Below, piece after piece: positions 31,001 to 48,800 of a DNA stretch of 64,000 nucleotides. Numbering within the stretch: the first letter of the stretch is position 1; every line of letters starts with the position of its first letter. Source of the DNA: Bugula neritina (taxonomy: Eukaryota; Animalia; Bryozoa). The notes under the pieces were generated by a model. That model did not search any database and was not told the origin of the DNA. It worked only from the letters and a program-made list of their open reading frames with translations. The position numbers were made by a program, and so were the translations under genes. The DNA lies in the NCBI GenBank assembly GCA_964035545.1, contig CAXIUT010000230.1:1-64000 (forward strand). Direction: 5' to 3'.

Positions 31001-34000
31001 CAAAATACTGAAATACACTGCTACATACTGAAATATACTGCGACACACTGCAACATACTGCAACATACTAAAATATACTGCAACATACTGAAATACACTG
31101 CAAAATACTGAAATACACTGTAACATACTGAAATATACTGCAACATACTGAAATACATTGCTACATACTGAAATATACTGCAACACACTGCAACATACTG
31201 CAACATACTAAAATATACTGCAACATACTGAAATATACTGCAACATACTAAAATACACTGTAACATATTGAAATACACTGCAACACATTGAAATATACTG
31301 CAATGTACCGAAATATATGGTAAACTACTGAAATATACTGTCAGACATTGAAAAATACTGCAACATACTGAAATATACTGCGACACATTGCAATATACTG
31401 TAACATACTGAAATATGCTGTAGCACACTGAAATACACTGCAACTCACTGAAATATACTGCAACATACTGAAATACACTTCAACACATTGAAATATACTG
31501 CAACATACTGAAATACAGTGCTACATACTGAAATATACTGCAACATACTGCAACATAGTGAAATACACTGTAACATACTGAAATACGCTGCAACATACTA
31601 CAACATATTGAAATACACTGCAACACATTGAAATATACTGTAACATACCTAAATATACGGTAATATACCAAAATATACTGTAACACATTTAAAAAAACTG
31701 CAACATACTGAAATACACTGCAACACACTGAAATACACTGCAAAATACTGTAACACACTGAAATATACTGCAATACACTGCTACATACTGCAACATACTA
31801 AAATATACTGCAATATACTGAAATACACTGCAAAATACTGAAATACACTTTAACATACTGAAATATACTGCAACATACTGAAATACACTGCTACATACTG
31901 AAATATACTGCAACACACTGCAACATACTGCAACATACTAAAATACACTGTAAAATATTGAAATATACTGCAACATACCTAAATATACGGTAAGATACTG
32001 AAATAAACTGTAACACATTGAAAAATACTGCAACATACCGAAAGATACTGCAAGATACTGCAACATACTGAACTACACTGTAACATAATGAAACACACTG
32101 CAACATACTGTATTATACTGACATGCACTGGAACATATTGAAATACACTGCAACAAATTGAAGTATACTGCAACACACTGAAACATACGGCAACATACTG
32201 AAATATACTGCAACAGATTGATATATACAGCAACATACTGAAATATACTGCGAAACAATGCAATATACTGTAACATACTGAAATATGCTGTAGCACACTG
32301 AAATACACTGCAACTCACTGAAATATACCGCAACATACTGAAATACACTGTAACATATTGAAATATACTGCAACATACTGCAACATACTGAAATACACTG
32401 GAACATATTGAAATACACTGCAACAAATTGAAGTATACTGCAACACACTGAAACACACTGAAATACACCGCAAAACACTACAACATACTGAAACATATTG
32501 CAACATACTGAAATACACTACTACATCATGAAATATACTGCAACATACTGCACCATACTGAAATACACTGTAACATACTAAAATACACTGCAACATACTA
32601 CAACATATTGAAATACACTGCAACACATTGAAATATACTGCAACATACCTAAATATACGTTAATATACAGAAATATACTGAAACACATTGAAAAACACTG
32701 CAACATACTGAAATACACTGCAACACACTAAAATACACCGCCAAATACTACAACATACTGAAATGCACTGTAACATATTGAAATACACTGCAACACATTG
32801 AAATATACTGTAACATACCTAAATATACGGTAATATACCAAAATATACTGTAACACATTTAAAAATACTGCAACATACTGAAATACACTGCAACACACTG
32901 AAATACACTGCAAAATACTGTAACACACTGAAATATACTGCAATACACTGCAACATACTGCAACATACTAAAATATACTGCAACATACTGAAATACACTG
33001 CAAAATACTGAAATACACTTTAACATACTGAAATATACTGCAACATACTGAAATACACTGCTACATACTGAAATATACTGCAACATACTGCAACATACTG
33101 CAACATACTAAAATACACTGTAACATATTGAAATACACTGCAACACATTGAAATATACTGCAAAATACTGAAATACACTGCTACATACTGAAATATACTG
33201 CGACACACTGCAACATACTGCAACATACTAAAATATACTGCAACATACTGAAATACACTGCAAAATACTGAAATACACTGTAACATACTGAAATATACTG
33301 CAACATACTGAAATACATTGCTACATACTGAAATATACTGCAACACACTGCAACATACTGCAACATACTAAAATATACTGCAACATACTGAAATATACTG
33401 CAACATACTAAAATACACTGTAACATATTGAAATACACTGCAACACATTGAAATATACTGCAATGTACCGAAATATATGGTAAACTACTGAAATATACTG
33501 TCACACATTGAAAAATACTGCAACATACTGAAATATACTGCGACACATTGCAATATACTGTAACATACTGAAATATGCTGTAGCACACTGAAATACACTG
33601 CAACTCACTGAAATATACTGCAACATACTGAAATACACTTCAACACATTGAAATATACTGCAACATACTGAAATACAGTGCTACATACTGCAACATACTG
33701 AAATACACTGCTAAATACTGAAATACACTGTAACATACTGAAATACACTGCAAAATACTACAACATATTGAAATACACTGCAATACATTGAAATATACTG
33801 CAACATACCTAAATATACGGTAATATACTGAAATATACTGTAACACATTGAAAAATACTACAAAATACTGAAATACACTGCAACATACTACAACATACTG
33901 AAATACGCTGTAATACATTGAAATACACTGCAACACATTGAAATATACTGTAACGCGCTGAAACATACTGTAACTCACTGAAATATAGTGTAATATACGG

Positions 34001-37000
34001 AAATGTACTGTAAAATACTGGAATATACTGTAACATACTGAAATATACTGCAACATACTGAAATACACTGTAACATACTGAATTATACTGCAACATCCTG
34101 CAACATGCTGAAATACACTGTAACATACTGAAATACACTGCAACACACTGCAACATACTGCAACATACTAAAATATACTGCAACATACTGAAATACACTG
34201 CAAAATACTGAAATACACTGTAACACACTGAAATATACTGCAACATACTGCAACATACTAAAATATGCTGCAACATACTGAAATACACTGCAAAATACAG
34301 AAATACACTATAACATACTGAAATATACTGCAACACACTGCAACATACCGCAACATGGTAAAATATACTGCAACATACTGAAATACACTGCAAAATACTG
34401 GAATACACTGTAACATTCTGAAATATACTGCAACATACTGAAATACACTGCTACATACTGAAATATACTGCAACACACTGCAACATACTGCAACATACTA
34501 AAATACACTGTAACATAATGAAATACACTGCAACACATTGAAATATACTGCATGCAAAATACTGAAATACACTGCTACATACTGAAATATACTGCAACAC
34601 ACTGCAACATACTGCAACATACTAAAATATACTGCAACATACTGAAATACACTGCAAAATACTGAAATACACTGTAACATACTGAAATATACTGCAACAC
34701 ACTGCAACATACTGCAACATACTAAAATACACTGTAACATATTGAAATACACTGCAACACAGTGAAATATACTGCAATGTACCGAAATATATGGTGAACT
34801 GCTGAAATATACTGTCACACATTGAAAAATACTGCAACATACTGAAATATACTGCGACACATTGCAATATACTGTAACATACTGAAATATGCTGTAGCAC
34901 ACTGAAACACACTGCAACTCACTGAAATATACTGCAACATACTGAAATACACTGTAACATATTGAAATATACTGCAACATACTGAAATACAGTGCTACAT
35001 ACTGAAATATACTGCAACATACTGCAACATACTGAAATACACTGTAACATACTGAAATACACTGCAACATACTACAACATATTGAAAGACACTGCAACAC
35101 ATTGAAATATACTGCAACATACCTAAATATACGGTAATATACAGAAATATACTGTAACACATTGAAAAACACTGCAACATACTGAAATACACTGCAACAC
35201 ACTGAAATACACCGCAAAATACTACAACATACTGAAATGCACTGTAACATATTGAAATACACTGCAATACATTGAAATATACTGCAATGTACCGAAATAT
35301 ATGGTAAACTACAGAAATATACTGACACACATCGCAATATACTGTAACATACTGAAATATGCTGTAGCACACTGAAATACACTGCAACTCACTGAAATAT
35401 ACTGCAACATACTGAAATACACTGTAACATATTGAAATATACTGCAACATACTGCAACATACTGAAATACATTGCAACACACTGAAATACACTGCAAAAC
35501 ACTGTAACACACTGAAATATACTGCAATGTACCGAAATAAATGGTGAACTACTGAAATATACTGTCACACATTGAAAAATACTGCAACATACTGAAATAT
35601 ACTGCGACACATTGCAATATACTGTAACATACTGACATATGCTGTAGCACACTGAAATACACTGCAACTCACTGAAATATACTGCAACATACTGAAATAC
35701 ACTTCAACACATTGAAATATACTGCAACATACTGAAATACAGTGCTACATACTGAAATATACTGCTACATACTGCAACATAGTGAAATACACTGTAACAT
35801 ACTGAAATACACTGCAACATACTGCAACATACTGAAATACACTGCAACACACTGAAATACACTGCAAAATACTGTAACACACTGAAATATACTGCAATAC
35901 ACTGCAACATACCGCAACATACTAAAATATACTGCAACATACTGAAATACACTGCAAAATACTGAAATACACTTTAACATACTGAAATATACTGCAACAT
36001 ACTGAAATACACTGCTACATACTGAAATATACTGCAACACACTGCAACATACTGCAACATACTAAAATACACTGTAACATATTGAAATACACTGCAACAC
36101 ATTGAAATATACTGCAAAATACTGAAATACACTGCTACATACTGAAATATACTGCGACACACTGCAACATACGGCAACATACTAAAATATACTGCAACAT
36201 ACTGAAATACACTGCTAAATACTGAAATACACTGTAACATACTGAAACACACTGCAAAATACTACAACATATTGAAATACACTGCAATACATTGAAATAT
36301 ACTGCAACATACCTAAATATACGGTAATATACTGAAATATACTGTAACACATTGAAAAATACTACAAAATACTGAAATACACTGCAACATACTACAACAT
36401 ACTGAAATACGCTGTAATACATTGAAATACACTGCAACACCTTGAAATATACTGTAACTCGCTGAAACATACTGTAACTCACTGAAATATAGTGTAATAT
36501 ACGGAAATGTACTGTAAAATACTGGAATATACTGTAACACACTGAAATATACTGCAACATACTGAAATACACTGTAACATACTGAATTATACTGCAACAT
36601 CCTGCAACATACTGAAATACACTGTAACATACTGAAATACACTGCAACACACTGCAACATACTGCAACATACTAAAATATACTGCAACATATTGAAATAC
36701 ACTGCAAAATACTGAAATACACTGTAACACACTGAAATATACTGCAACATACTGCAACATACTAAAATATGCTGCAACATACTGAAATACACTGCAAAAT
36801 ACTGAAATACACTATAACATACTGAAATACACTGCAACACACTGCAACATACCGCAACATGCTAAAATATACTGCAACATACTGAAATACACTGCAAAAT
36901 ACTGAAATACACTGTAACATACTGAAATATACTGCAACATACTGAAATACACTGCTACATACTGAAATATACTGCAACACACTGCAACATACTGCAACAT

Positions 37001-37248
37001 ACTAAAATACACTGCAACATAATGAAATACACTGCAACACATTGAAATATACTGCATGCAAAATACTGAAATACACTGCTACATACTGAAATATACTGCA
37101 ACACACTGCAACATACTGCAACATACTAAAATATACTGCAACATACTGAAATACACTGCAAAATACTGAAATACACTGTAACATACTGAAATATACTGCA
37201 ACACACTGCAACATACTGCAACATACTAAAATACACTGTAACATATTG

Positions 37249-40200
37249 AAATACACTGCAACACATTGAAATATACTGCAATGTACCGAAATATATGGTA
37301 AACTACTGAAATATACTGTCACACATTGAAATATACTGCAACATACTGAAATACAGTGCTACATACTGAAATATACTGCAACATACTGCAACATAGTGAA
37401 ATACACTGTAACATACTGAAATACGCTGCAACATACTACAACATATTGAAATACACTGCAACACATTGAAATATACTGTAACATACCTAAATATACGGTA
37501 ATATACCAAAATATACTGTAACACATTTAAAAAAACTGCAACATACTGAAATACACTGCAACACACTGAAATACACTGCAAAATACTGTAACACACTGAA
37601 ATATACTGCAATACACTGCTACATACTGCAACATACTAAAATATACTGCAATATGCTGAAATACACTGCAAAATACTGAAATACACTTTAACGTACTGAA
37701 ATATACTGCACAATACTGAAATACACTGCTACATACTGAAATATACTGCAACACACTGCAACATACTGCAACATACTAAAATACACTGTAACATATTGAA
37801 ATACATTGCAACACATTGAAATATACTGCAAAATACTGAAATACACTGCTACATACTGAAATATACTGCGACACACTGCAACATACTGCAACATACTAAA
37901 ATATACTGCAACACATTGAAATATACTGCAATGTACCGAAATATATGGTAAACTACTGAAATATACTGTCACACATTGAAAAATACTGCAACATACTGAA
38001 ATATACTGCGACACATTGCAATATACTGTAACATACTGAAATATGCTGTAGCACACTGAAATACACTGCAACTCACTGAAATATACTGCAACATACTGAA
38101 ATACACTGTAACATATTGAAATATACTGCAACATACTGAAATACAGTGCTACATACTGAAATATACTGCAACAAACTGCAATACACTGAAATACACTGTA
38201 ACATACTGAAATAAACTGCAACATACTACAACATATTAAAAGACACTGCAACACATTGAAATATACTGCAACATACCTAAATATACGGTAATATACCAAA
38301 ATATACTGTAATACATTGAAATACACTGCAACACATTGAAATATACTGTAACTCGCTGAAACATACTGTAACTCATTGAAATATAGTGTAATATACGGAA
38401 ATGTACTGTAAAATACTGGAATATACTGTAACACACTGAAATATACTGCAACATACTGAAATACACTGTAACATACTGAATTATACTGCAACATCCTGCA
38501 ACATACTGAAATACACTGTAACATACTGAAATACACTGCAACACACTGCAACATACTGCAACATACCAAAACATACTGCAACATACTGAAATACACGGCA
38601 AAATACTGAAATACACTGCAAAATACTACAACATATTGAAATACACTGCAACACATTGAAATATACTGCAACATACCTAAATATACGGTAAGATACTGAA
38701 ATAAACTGTAACACATTGAATAATACTGCAACATACTGAAAGATACTGCAAGATACTGCAACATACTGAACTACACTGTAACATAATGAAACACACTGCA
38801 ACATACTGTATTATACTGACATACACTGGAACATATTGAAATACACTCCAACAAATTGAAGTATACTGCAACACACTGAAACACACTGAAATACACCGCA
38901 AAACACTACAACATACTGAAACATATTGCAACATACTGAAATACACTACTACATACTGAAATATACTGCAACATACTGCACCATGCTGAAATACACTGTA
39001 ACATACTAAAATACACTGCAACATACTACAACATATTGAAATACACTGCAACACATTGAAACATACTGCAACATACCTAAATATACGGTAATATACTGAA
39101 ATATACTGTAAAACATTGAAAAACACTGCAACATACTGAAATACACTGCAACACACTGAAATATACTGCAATGTACCGAAATATATGGTAAACTACTGAA
39201 ATATACTGACACACATCGCAATATACTGTAACATACTGAAATATGCTGTAGCACACTGAAATACACTGCAACTCACTGAGATATACTGCAACATACTGAA
39301 ATACACTGCAACACATTGAAATATACTGCAATGTACCGAAATATATGGTAAACTACTGAAATATACTGTCACACATTGAAATATACTGCAACATACTGAA
39401 ATACAGTGCTACATACTGAAATATACTGCAACATACTGCAACATAGTGAAATACACTGTAACATACTGAAATACGCTGCAACATACTACAACATATTGAA
39501 ATACACTGCAACACATTGAAATATACTGTAACATACCTAAATATACGGTAATATACCAAAATATACTGTAACACATTTAAAAAAACTGCAACATACTGAA
39601 ATACACTGCAACACACTGAAATACACTGCAAAATACTGTAACACACTGAAATATACTGCAATACACTGCTACATACTGCAACATACTAAAATATACTGCA
39701 ATATGCTGAAATACACTGCAAAATACTGAAATACACTTTAACATACTGAAATATACTGCACAATACTGAAATACACTGCTACATACTGAAATATACTGCA
39801 ACACACTGCAACATACTGCAACATACTAAAATACACTGTAACATATTGAAATACATTGCAACACATTGAAATATACTGCAAAATACTGAAATACACTGCT
39901 ACATACTGAAATATACTGCGACACACTGCAACATACTGCAACATACTAAAATATACTGCAACACATTGAAATATACTGCAATGTACCGAAATATATGGTA
40001 AACTACTGAAATATACTGTCACACATTGAAAAATACTGCAACATACTGAAATATACTGCGACACATTGCAATATACTGTAACATACTGAAATATGCTGTA
40101 GCACACTGAAATACACTGCAACTCACTGAAATATACTGCAACATACTGAAATACACTGTAACATATTGAAATATACTGCAACATACTGAAATACAGTGCT

Positions 40201-41348
40201 ACATACTGAAATATACTGCAACAAACTGCAATACACTGAAATACACTGTAACATACTGAAATAAACTGCAACATACTACAACATATTAAAAGACACTGCA
40301 ACACATTGAAATATACTGCAACATACCTAAATATACGGTAATATACCAAAATATACTGTAATACATTGAAATACACTGCAACACATTGAAATATACTGTA
40401 ACTCGCTGAAACATACTGTAACTCATTGAAATATAGTGTAATATACGGAAATGTACTGTAAAATACTGGAATATACTGTAACACACTGAAATATACTGCA
40501 ACATACTGAAATACACTGTAACATACTGAATTATACTGCAACATCCTGCAACATACTGAAATACACTGTAACATACTGAAATACACTGCAACACACTGCA
40601 ACATACTGCAACATACCAAAACATACTGCAACATACTGAAATACACGGCAAAATACTGAAATACACTGCAAAATACTACAACATATTGAAATACACTGCA
40701 ACACATTGAAATATACTGCAACATACCTAAATATACGGTAAGATACTGAAATAAACTGTAACACATTGAATAATACTGCAACATACTGAAAGATACTGCA
40801 AGATACTGCAACATACTGAACTACACTGTAACATAATGAAACACACTGCAACATACTGTATTATACTGACATACACTGGAACATATTGAAATACACTGCA
40901 ACAAATTGAAGTATACTGCAACACACTGAAACACACTGAAATACACCGCAAAACACTACAACATACTGAAACATATTGCAACATACTGAAATACACTACT
41001 ACATACTGAAATATACTGCAACATACTGCACCATGCTGAAATACACTGTAACATACTAAAATACACTGCAACATACTACAACATATTGAAATACACTGCA
41101 ACACATTGAAACATACTGCAACATACCTAAATATACGGTAATATACTGAAATATACTGTAAAACATTGAAAAACACTGCAACATACTGAAATACACTGCA
41201 ACACACTGAAATATACTGCAATGTACCGAAATATATGGTAAACTACTGAAATATACTGACACACATCGCAATATACTGTAACATACTGAAATATGCTGTA
41301 GCACACTGAAATACACTGCAACTCACTGAGATATACTGCAACATACTG
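37249..41348. repeat. Tandem duplication, 2050-bp unit (37249-39298; 39299-41348)
   Basis: Pseudo-ORF pairs 37303/39353, 37688/39738 and 38677/40727; shared rare variants CACAATACTG 37709/39759 and AATAATACTG 38719/40769. Confidence 0.93.
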
Positions 41349-44300
41349 AAATACAATGTAACATATTGAAATATACTGCAACATACTGCAACATACTGAA
41401 ATACATTGCAACACACTGAAATACACTGCAAAACACTGTAACACACTGAAATATACTGCAACACACTGCAACATACTGCAACATACTAAAATATACTGCA
41501 ACATACTGAAATACAGTGCAAAATACTGAAATACACTGTAACATACTGAAATATACTGCAACATACTGAAAAACACTGCTACATACTGAAATATACTGCA
41601 ACACACAGCAACATACTGCAACATACTAAAATACGCTGTAACATATTGGAATACACTGCAACGCATTGAAATATACTGCAAAATACTGAAATATACTACA
41701 ACACACTGCGACATACTGCAACATACTAAAATATACTGCAACATACTGAAATACACTGCAAAATACTGAAATACACTTTAACATACTGAAATATACTGCA
41801 ACATACTGAAATACACTGCTACATACTGAAATATACTGCAACACACTGCAACATACTGCAACATACTAAAATACACTGTAACATATTGAAATACACTGCA
41901 ACACATTGAAATATACTGCAAAATACTGAAATACACTGCTACATACTGAAATATACTGCGACACACTGCAACATACTGCAACATACTAAAATATACTGCA
42001 ACATACTGAAATACACTGCAAAATACTGAAATACACTGTAACATACTGAAATATACTGCAACATACTGAAATACATTGCTACATACTGAAATATACTGCA
42101 ACACACTGCAACATACTGCAACATACTAAAATATACTGCAACATACTGAAATATACTGCAACATACTAAAATACACTGTAACATATTGAAATACACTGCA
42201 ACACATTGAAATATACTGCAATGTACCGAAATATATGGTAAACTACTGAAATATACTGTCACACATTGAAAAATACTGCAACATACTGAAATATACTGCG
42301 ACACATTGCAATATACTGTAACATACTGAAATATGCTGTAGCACACTGAAATACACTGCAACTCACTGAAATATACTGCAACATACTGAAATACACTTCA
42401 ACACATTGAAATATACCGCAACATACTGAAATACAGTGCTACATACTGAAATATACTGCAACATACTGCAACATAGTGAAATACACTGTAACATACTGAA
42501 ATACGCTGCAACATACTACAACATATTGAAATACACTGCAACACATTGAAATATACTGTAACATACCTAAATATACGGTAATATACCAAAATATACTGTA
42601 ACACACTTAAAAAAACTGCAACATACTGAAATACACTGCAACACACTGAAATACACTGCAAAATACTGTAACACACTGAAATATACTGCAATACACTGCA
42701 ACATACTGCAACATACTAAAATATACTGCAATATACTGAAATACACTGCAAAATACTGAAATACACTTTAACATACTGAAATATACTGCAACATACTGAA
42801 ATACACTGCTACATACTGAAATATACTGCAACACACTGCAACATACTGCAACATACTAAAATACACTGTAACATATTGAAATATACTGCAACATACCTAA
42901 ATATACGGTAAGATACTGAAATAAACTGTAACACATTGAAAAATACTGCAACATACCGAAAGATACTGCAAGATACTGCAACATACTGAACTACACTGTA
43001 ACATAATGAAACACACTGCAACATACTGTATTATACTGACATGCACTGGAACATATTGAAATACACTGCAACAAATTGAAGTATACTGCAACACACTGAA
43101 ACATACGGCAACATACTGAAATATACTGCAACAGATTGATATATACAGCAACATACTGAAATATACTGCGAAACAATGCAATATACTGTAACATACTGAA
43201 ATATGCTGTAGCACACTGAAATACACTGCAACTCACTGAAATATACCGCAACATACTGAAATACACTGTAACATATTGAAATATACTGCAACATACTGCA
43301 ACATACTGAAATACACTGGAACATATTGAAATACACTGCAACAAATTGAAGTATACTGCAACACACTGAAACACACTGAAATACACCGCAAAACACTACA
43401 ACATACTGAAACATATTGCAACATACTGAAATACACTACTACATACTGAAATATACTGCAACATACTGCACCATACTGAAATACACTGTAACATACTAAA
43501 ATACACTGCAACATACTACAACATATTGAAATACACTGCAACACATTGAAATATACTGCAACATACCTAAATATACGTTAATATACAGAAATATACTGAA
43601 ACACATTGAAAAACACTGCAACATACTGAAATACACTGCAACACACTAAAATACACCGCCAAATACTACAACATACTGAAATGCACTGTAACATATTGAA
43701 ATACACTGCAACACATTGAAATATACTGTAACATACCTAAATATACGGTAATATACCAAAATATACTGTAACACATTTAAAAATACTGCAACATACTGAA
43801 ATACACTGCAACACATTGAAATACACTGCAAAATACTGTAACACACTGAAATATACTGCAATACACTGCAACATACTGCAACATACTAAAATATACTGCA
43901 ACATACTGAAATACACTGCAAAATACTGAAATACACTTTAACATACTGAAATATACTGCAACATACTGAAATACACTGCTACATACTGAAATATACTGCA
44001 ACATACTGCAACATACTAAAATACACTGTAACATATTGAAATACACTGCAACACATTGAAATATACTGCAAAATACTGAAATACACTGCTACATACTGAA
44101 ATATACTGCGACACACTGCAACATACTGCAACATACTAAAATATACTGCAACATACTGAAATACACTGCAAAATACTGAAATACACTGTAACATACTGAA
44201 ATATACTGCAACATACTGAAATACATTGCTACATACTGAAATATACTGCAACACACTGCAACATACTGCAACATACTAAAATATACTGCAACATACTGAA

Positions 44301-45809
44301 ATACACTGCAAAATACTGAAATACACTGTAACATACTGAAATACACTGCAAAATACTACAACTTATTGAAATACACTGCAATACATTGAAATATACTGCA
44401 ACATACCTAAATATACGATAATATACTGAAATATACTGTAACACATTGAAAAATACTACAAAATACTGAAATACACTGCAACATACTACAACATACTGAA
44501 ATACGCTGTAATACATTGAAATACACTGCAACACATTGAAATATACTGTAACGCGCTGAAACATACTGTAACTCACTGAAATATAGTGTAATATACGGAA
44601 ATGTACTGTAAAATACTGGAATATACTGTAACATACTGAAATATACTGCAACATACTGAAATACACTGTAACATACTGAATTATACTGCAACATCCTGCA
44701 ACATACTGAAATACACTGTAACATACTGAAATACACTGCAACACACTGCAACATACTGCAACATACTAAAATATACTGCAACATACTGAAATACACTGTA
44801 ACATACTGAAATACACTGCAAAATACTGAAATACACTGTAACACACTGAAATATACTGCAACATACTGCAACATACTAAAATATGCTGCAACATACTGAA
44901 ATACACTGCAAAATACAGAAATACACTATAACATACTGAAATATACTGCAACACACTGCAACATACCGCAACATGGTAAAATATACTGCAACATACTGAA
45001 ATACACTGCAAAATACTGAAATACACTGTAACATTCTGAAATATACTGCAACATACTGAAATACACTGCTACATACTGAAATATACTGCAACACACTGCA
45101 ACATACTGCAACATACTAAAATACACTGTAACATAATGAACTACACTGCAACACATTGAAATATACTGCATGCAAAATACTGAAATACACTGCTACATAC
45201 TGAAATATACTGCAACACACTGCAACATACTGCAACATACTAAAATATACTGCAACATACTGAAATACACTGCAAAATACTGAAATACACTGTAACATAC
45301 TGAAATATACTGCAACACACTGCAACATACTGCAACATACTAAAATACACTGTAACATATTGAAATACACTGCAACACAGTGAAATATGCTGCAATGTAC
45401 CGAAATATATGGTGAACTGCTGAAATATACTGTCACACATTGAAAAATACTGCAACATACTGAAATATACTGCGACACATTGCAATATACTGTAACATAC
45501 TGAAATATGCTGTAGCACACTGAAACACACTGCAACTCACTGAAATATACTGCAACATACTGAAATACACTGTAACATATTGAAATATACTGCAACATAC
45601 TGAAATACAGTGCTACATACTGAAATATACTGCAACATACTGCAACATACTGAAATACACTGTAACATACTGAAATACACTGCAACATACTACAACATAT
45701 TGAAAGACACTGCAACACATTGAAATATACTGCAACATACCTAAATATACGGTAATATACAGAAATATACTGTAACACATTGAAAAACACTGCAACATAC
45801 TGAAATACA

Positions 45810-48800
45810 CTGCAACATACTAAAATATACTGCAACATACTGAAATATACTGCAACATACTAAAATACACTGTAACATATTGAAATACACTGCAACACAT
45901 TGAAATATACTGCAATGTACCGAAATATATGGTAAACTACTGAAATATACTGTCACACATTGAAAAATACTGCAACATACTGAAATATACTGCGACACAT
46001 TGCAATATACTGTAACATACTGAAATATGCTGTAGCACACTGAAATACACTGCAACTCACTGAAATATACTGCAACATACTGAAATACACTTCAACACAT
46101 TGAAATATACTGCAACATACTGAAATACAGTGCTACATACTGCAACATACTGAAATACACTGCTAAATACTGAAATACACTGTAACATACTGAAATACAC
46201 TGCAAAATACTACAACATATTGAAATACACTGCAATACATTGAAATATACTGCAACATACCTAAATATACGGTAATATACTGAAATATACTGTAACACAT
46301 TGAAAAATACTACAAAATACTGAAATACACTGCAACATACTACAACATACTGAAATACGCTGTAATACATTGAAATACACTGCAACACATTGAAATATAC
46401 TGTAACGCGCTGAAACATACTGTAACTCACTGAAATATAGTGTAATATACGGAAATGGACTGTAAAATACTGGAATATACTGTAACATACTGAAATATAC
46501 TGCAACATACTGAAATACACTGTAACATACTGAATTATACTGCAACATACTGCAACATACTAAAATATACTGCAACATACTGAAATACACTGCAAAATAC
46601 TGAAATACACTGTAACACACTGAAATATACTGCAACATACTGCAACATACTAAAATATGCTGCAACATACTGAAATACACTGCAAAATACAGAAATACAC
46701 TATAACATACTGAAATATACTGCAACACACTGCAACATACCGCAACATGGTAAAATATACTGCAACATACTGAAATACACTGCAAAATACTGAAATACAC
46801 TGTAACATTCTGAAATATACTGCAACATACTGAAATACACTGCTACATACTGAAATATACTGCAACACACTGCAACATACTGCAACATACTAAAATACAC
46901 TGTAACATAATGAAATACACTGCAACACATTGAAATATACTGCATGCAAAATACTGAAATACACTGCTACATACTGAAATATACTGCAACACACTGCAAC
47001 ATACTGCAACATACTAAAATATACTGCAACATACTGAAATACACTGCAAAATACTGAAATACACTGTAACATACTGAAATATACTGCAACACAGTGCAAC
47101 ATACTGCAACATACTAAAATACACTGTAACATATTGAAATACACTGCAACACAGTGAAATATACTGCAATGTACCGAAATATATGGTGAACTGCTGAAAT
47201 ATACTGTCACACATTGAAAAATACTGCAACATACTGAAATATACTGCGACACATTGCAATATACTGTAACATACTGAAATATGCTGTAGCACACTGAAAC
47301 ACACTGCAACTCACTGAAATATACTGCAACATACTGAAATACACTGTAACATATTGAAATATACTGCAACATACTGCAACATACTGAAATACACTGTAAC
47401 ATACTGAAATACACTGCAACATACTACAACATATTGAAAGACACTGCAACACATTGAAATATACTGCAACATACCTAAATATACGGTAATATACAGAAAT
47501 ATACTGTAACACATTGAAAAACACTGCAACATACTGAAATACACTGCAACACACTGAAATACACCGCAAAATACTACAACATACTGAAATGCACTGTAAC
47601 ATATTGAAATACACTGCAACACATTGAAATATACTGCAATGTACCGAAATATATGGTAAACTACAGAAATATACTGACACACATCGCAATATACTGTAAC
47701 ATACTGAAATATGCTGTAGCACACTGAAATACACTGCAACTCACTGAAATATACTGCAACATACTGAAATACACTGTAACATATTGAAATATACTGCAAC
47801 ATACTGCAACATACTGAAATACATTGCAACACACTGAAATACACTGCAAAACACTGTAACACACTGAAATATACTGCAATGTACCGAAATATATGGTGAA
47901 CTACTGAAATATACTGTCACACATTGAAAAATACTGCAACATACTGAAATATACTGCGACACATTGCAATATACTGTAACATACTGACATATGCTGTAGC
48001 ACACTGAAATACACTGCAACTCACTGAAATATACTGCAACATACTGAAATACACTTCAACACATTGAAATATACTGCAACATACTGAAATACAGTGCTAC
48101 ATACTGAAATATACTGCAACATACTGCAACATAGTGAAATACACTGTAACATACTGAAATACACTGCAACATACTGCAACATACTGAAATACACTGCAAC
48201 ACACTGAAATACACTGCAAAATACTGTAACACACTGAAATATACTGCAATACACTGCAACATACCGCAACATACTAAAATATACTGCAACATACTGAAAT
48301 ACACTGCAAAACACTGAAATACACTTTAACATACTGAAATATACTGCAACATACTGAAAAACACTGCTACATACTGAAATATACTGCAACACACTGCAAC
48401 ATACTGCAACATACTAAAATACACTGTAACATATTGAAATACACTGCAACACATTGAAATATACTGCAAAATACTGAAATACACTGCTACATACTGAAAT
48501 ATACTGCGACACACTGCAACATACGGCAACATACTAAAATATACTGCAACATACTGAAATACACTGCTAAATACTGAAATACACTGTAACATACTGAAAC
48601 ACACTGCAAAATACTACAACATATTGAAATACACTGCAATACATTGAAATATACTGCAACATACCTAAATATACGGTAATATACTGAAATATACTGTAAC
48701 ACATTGAAAAATACTACAAAATACTGAAATACACTGCAACATACTACAACATACTGAAATACGCTGTAATACATTGAAATACACTGCAACACCTTGAAAT

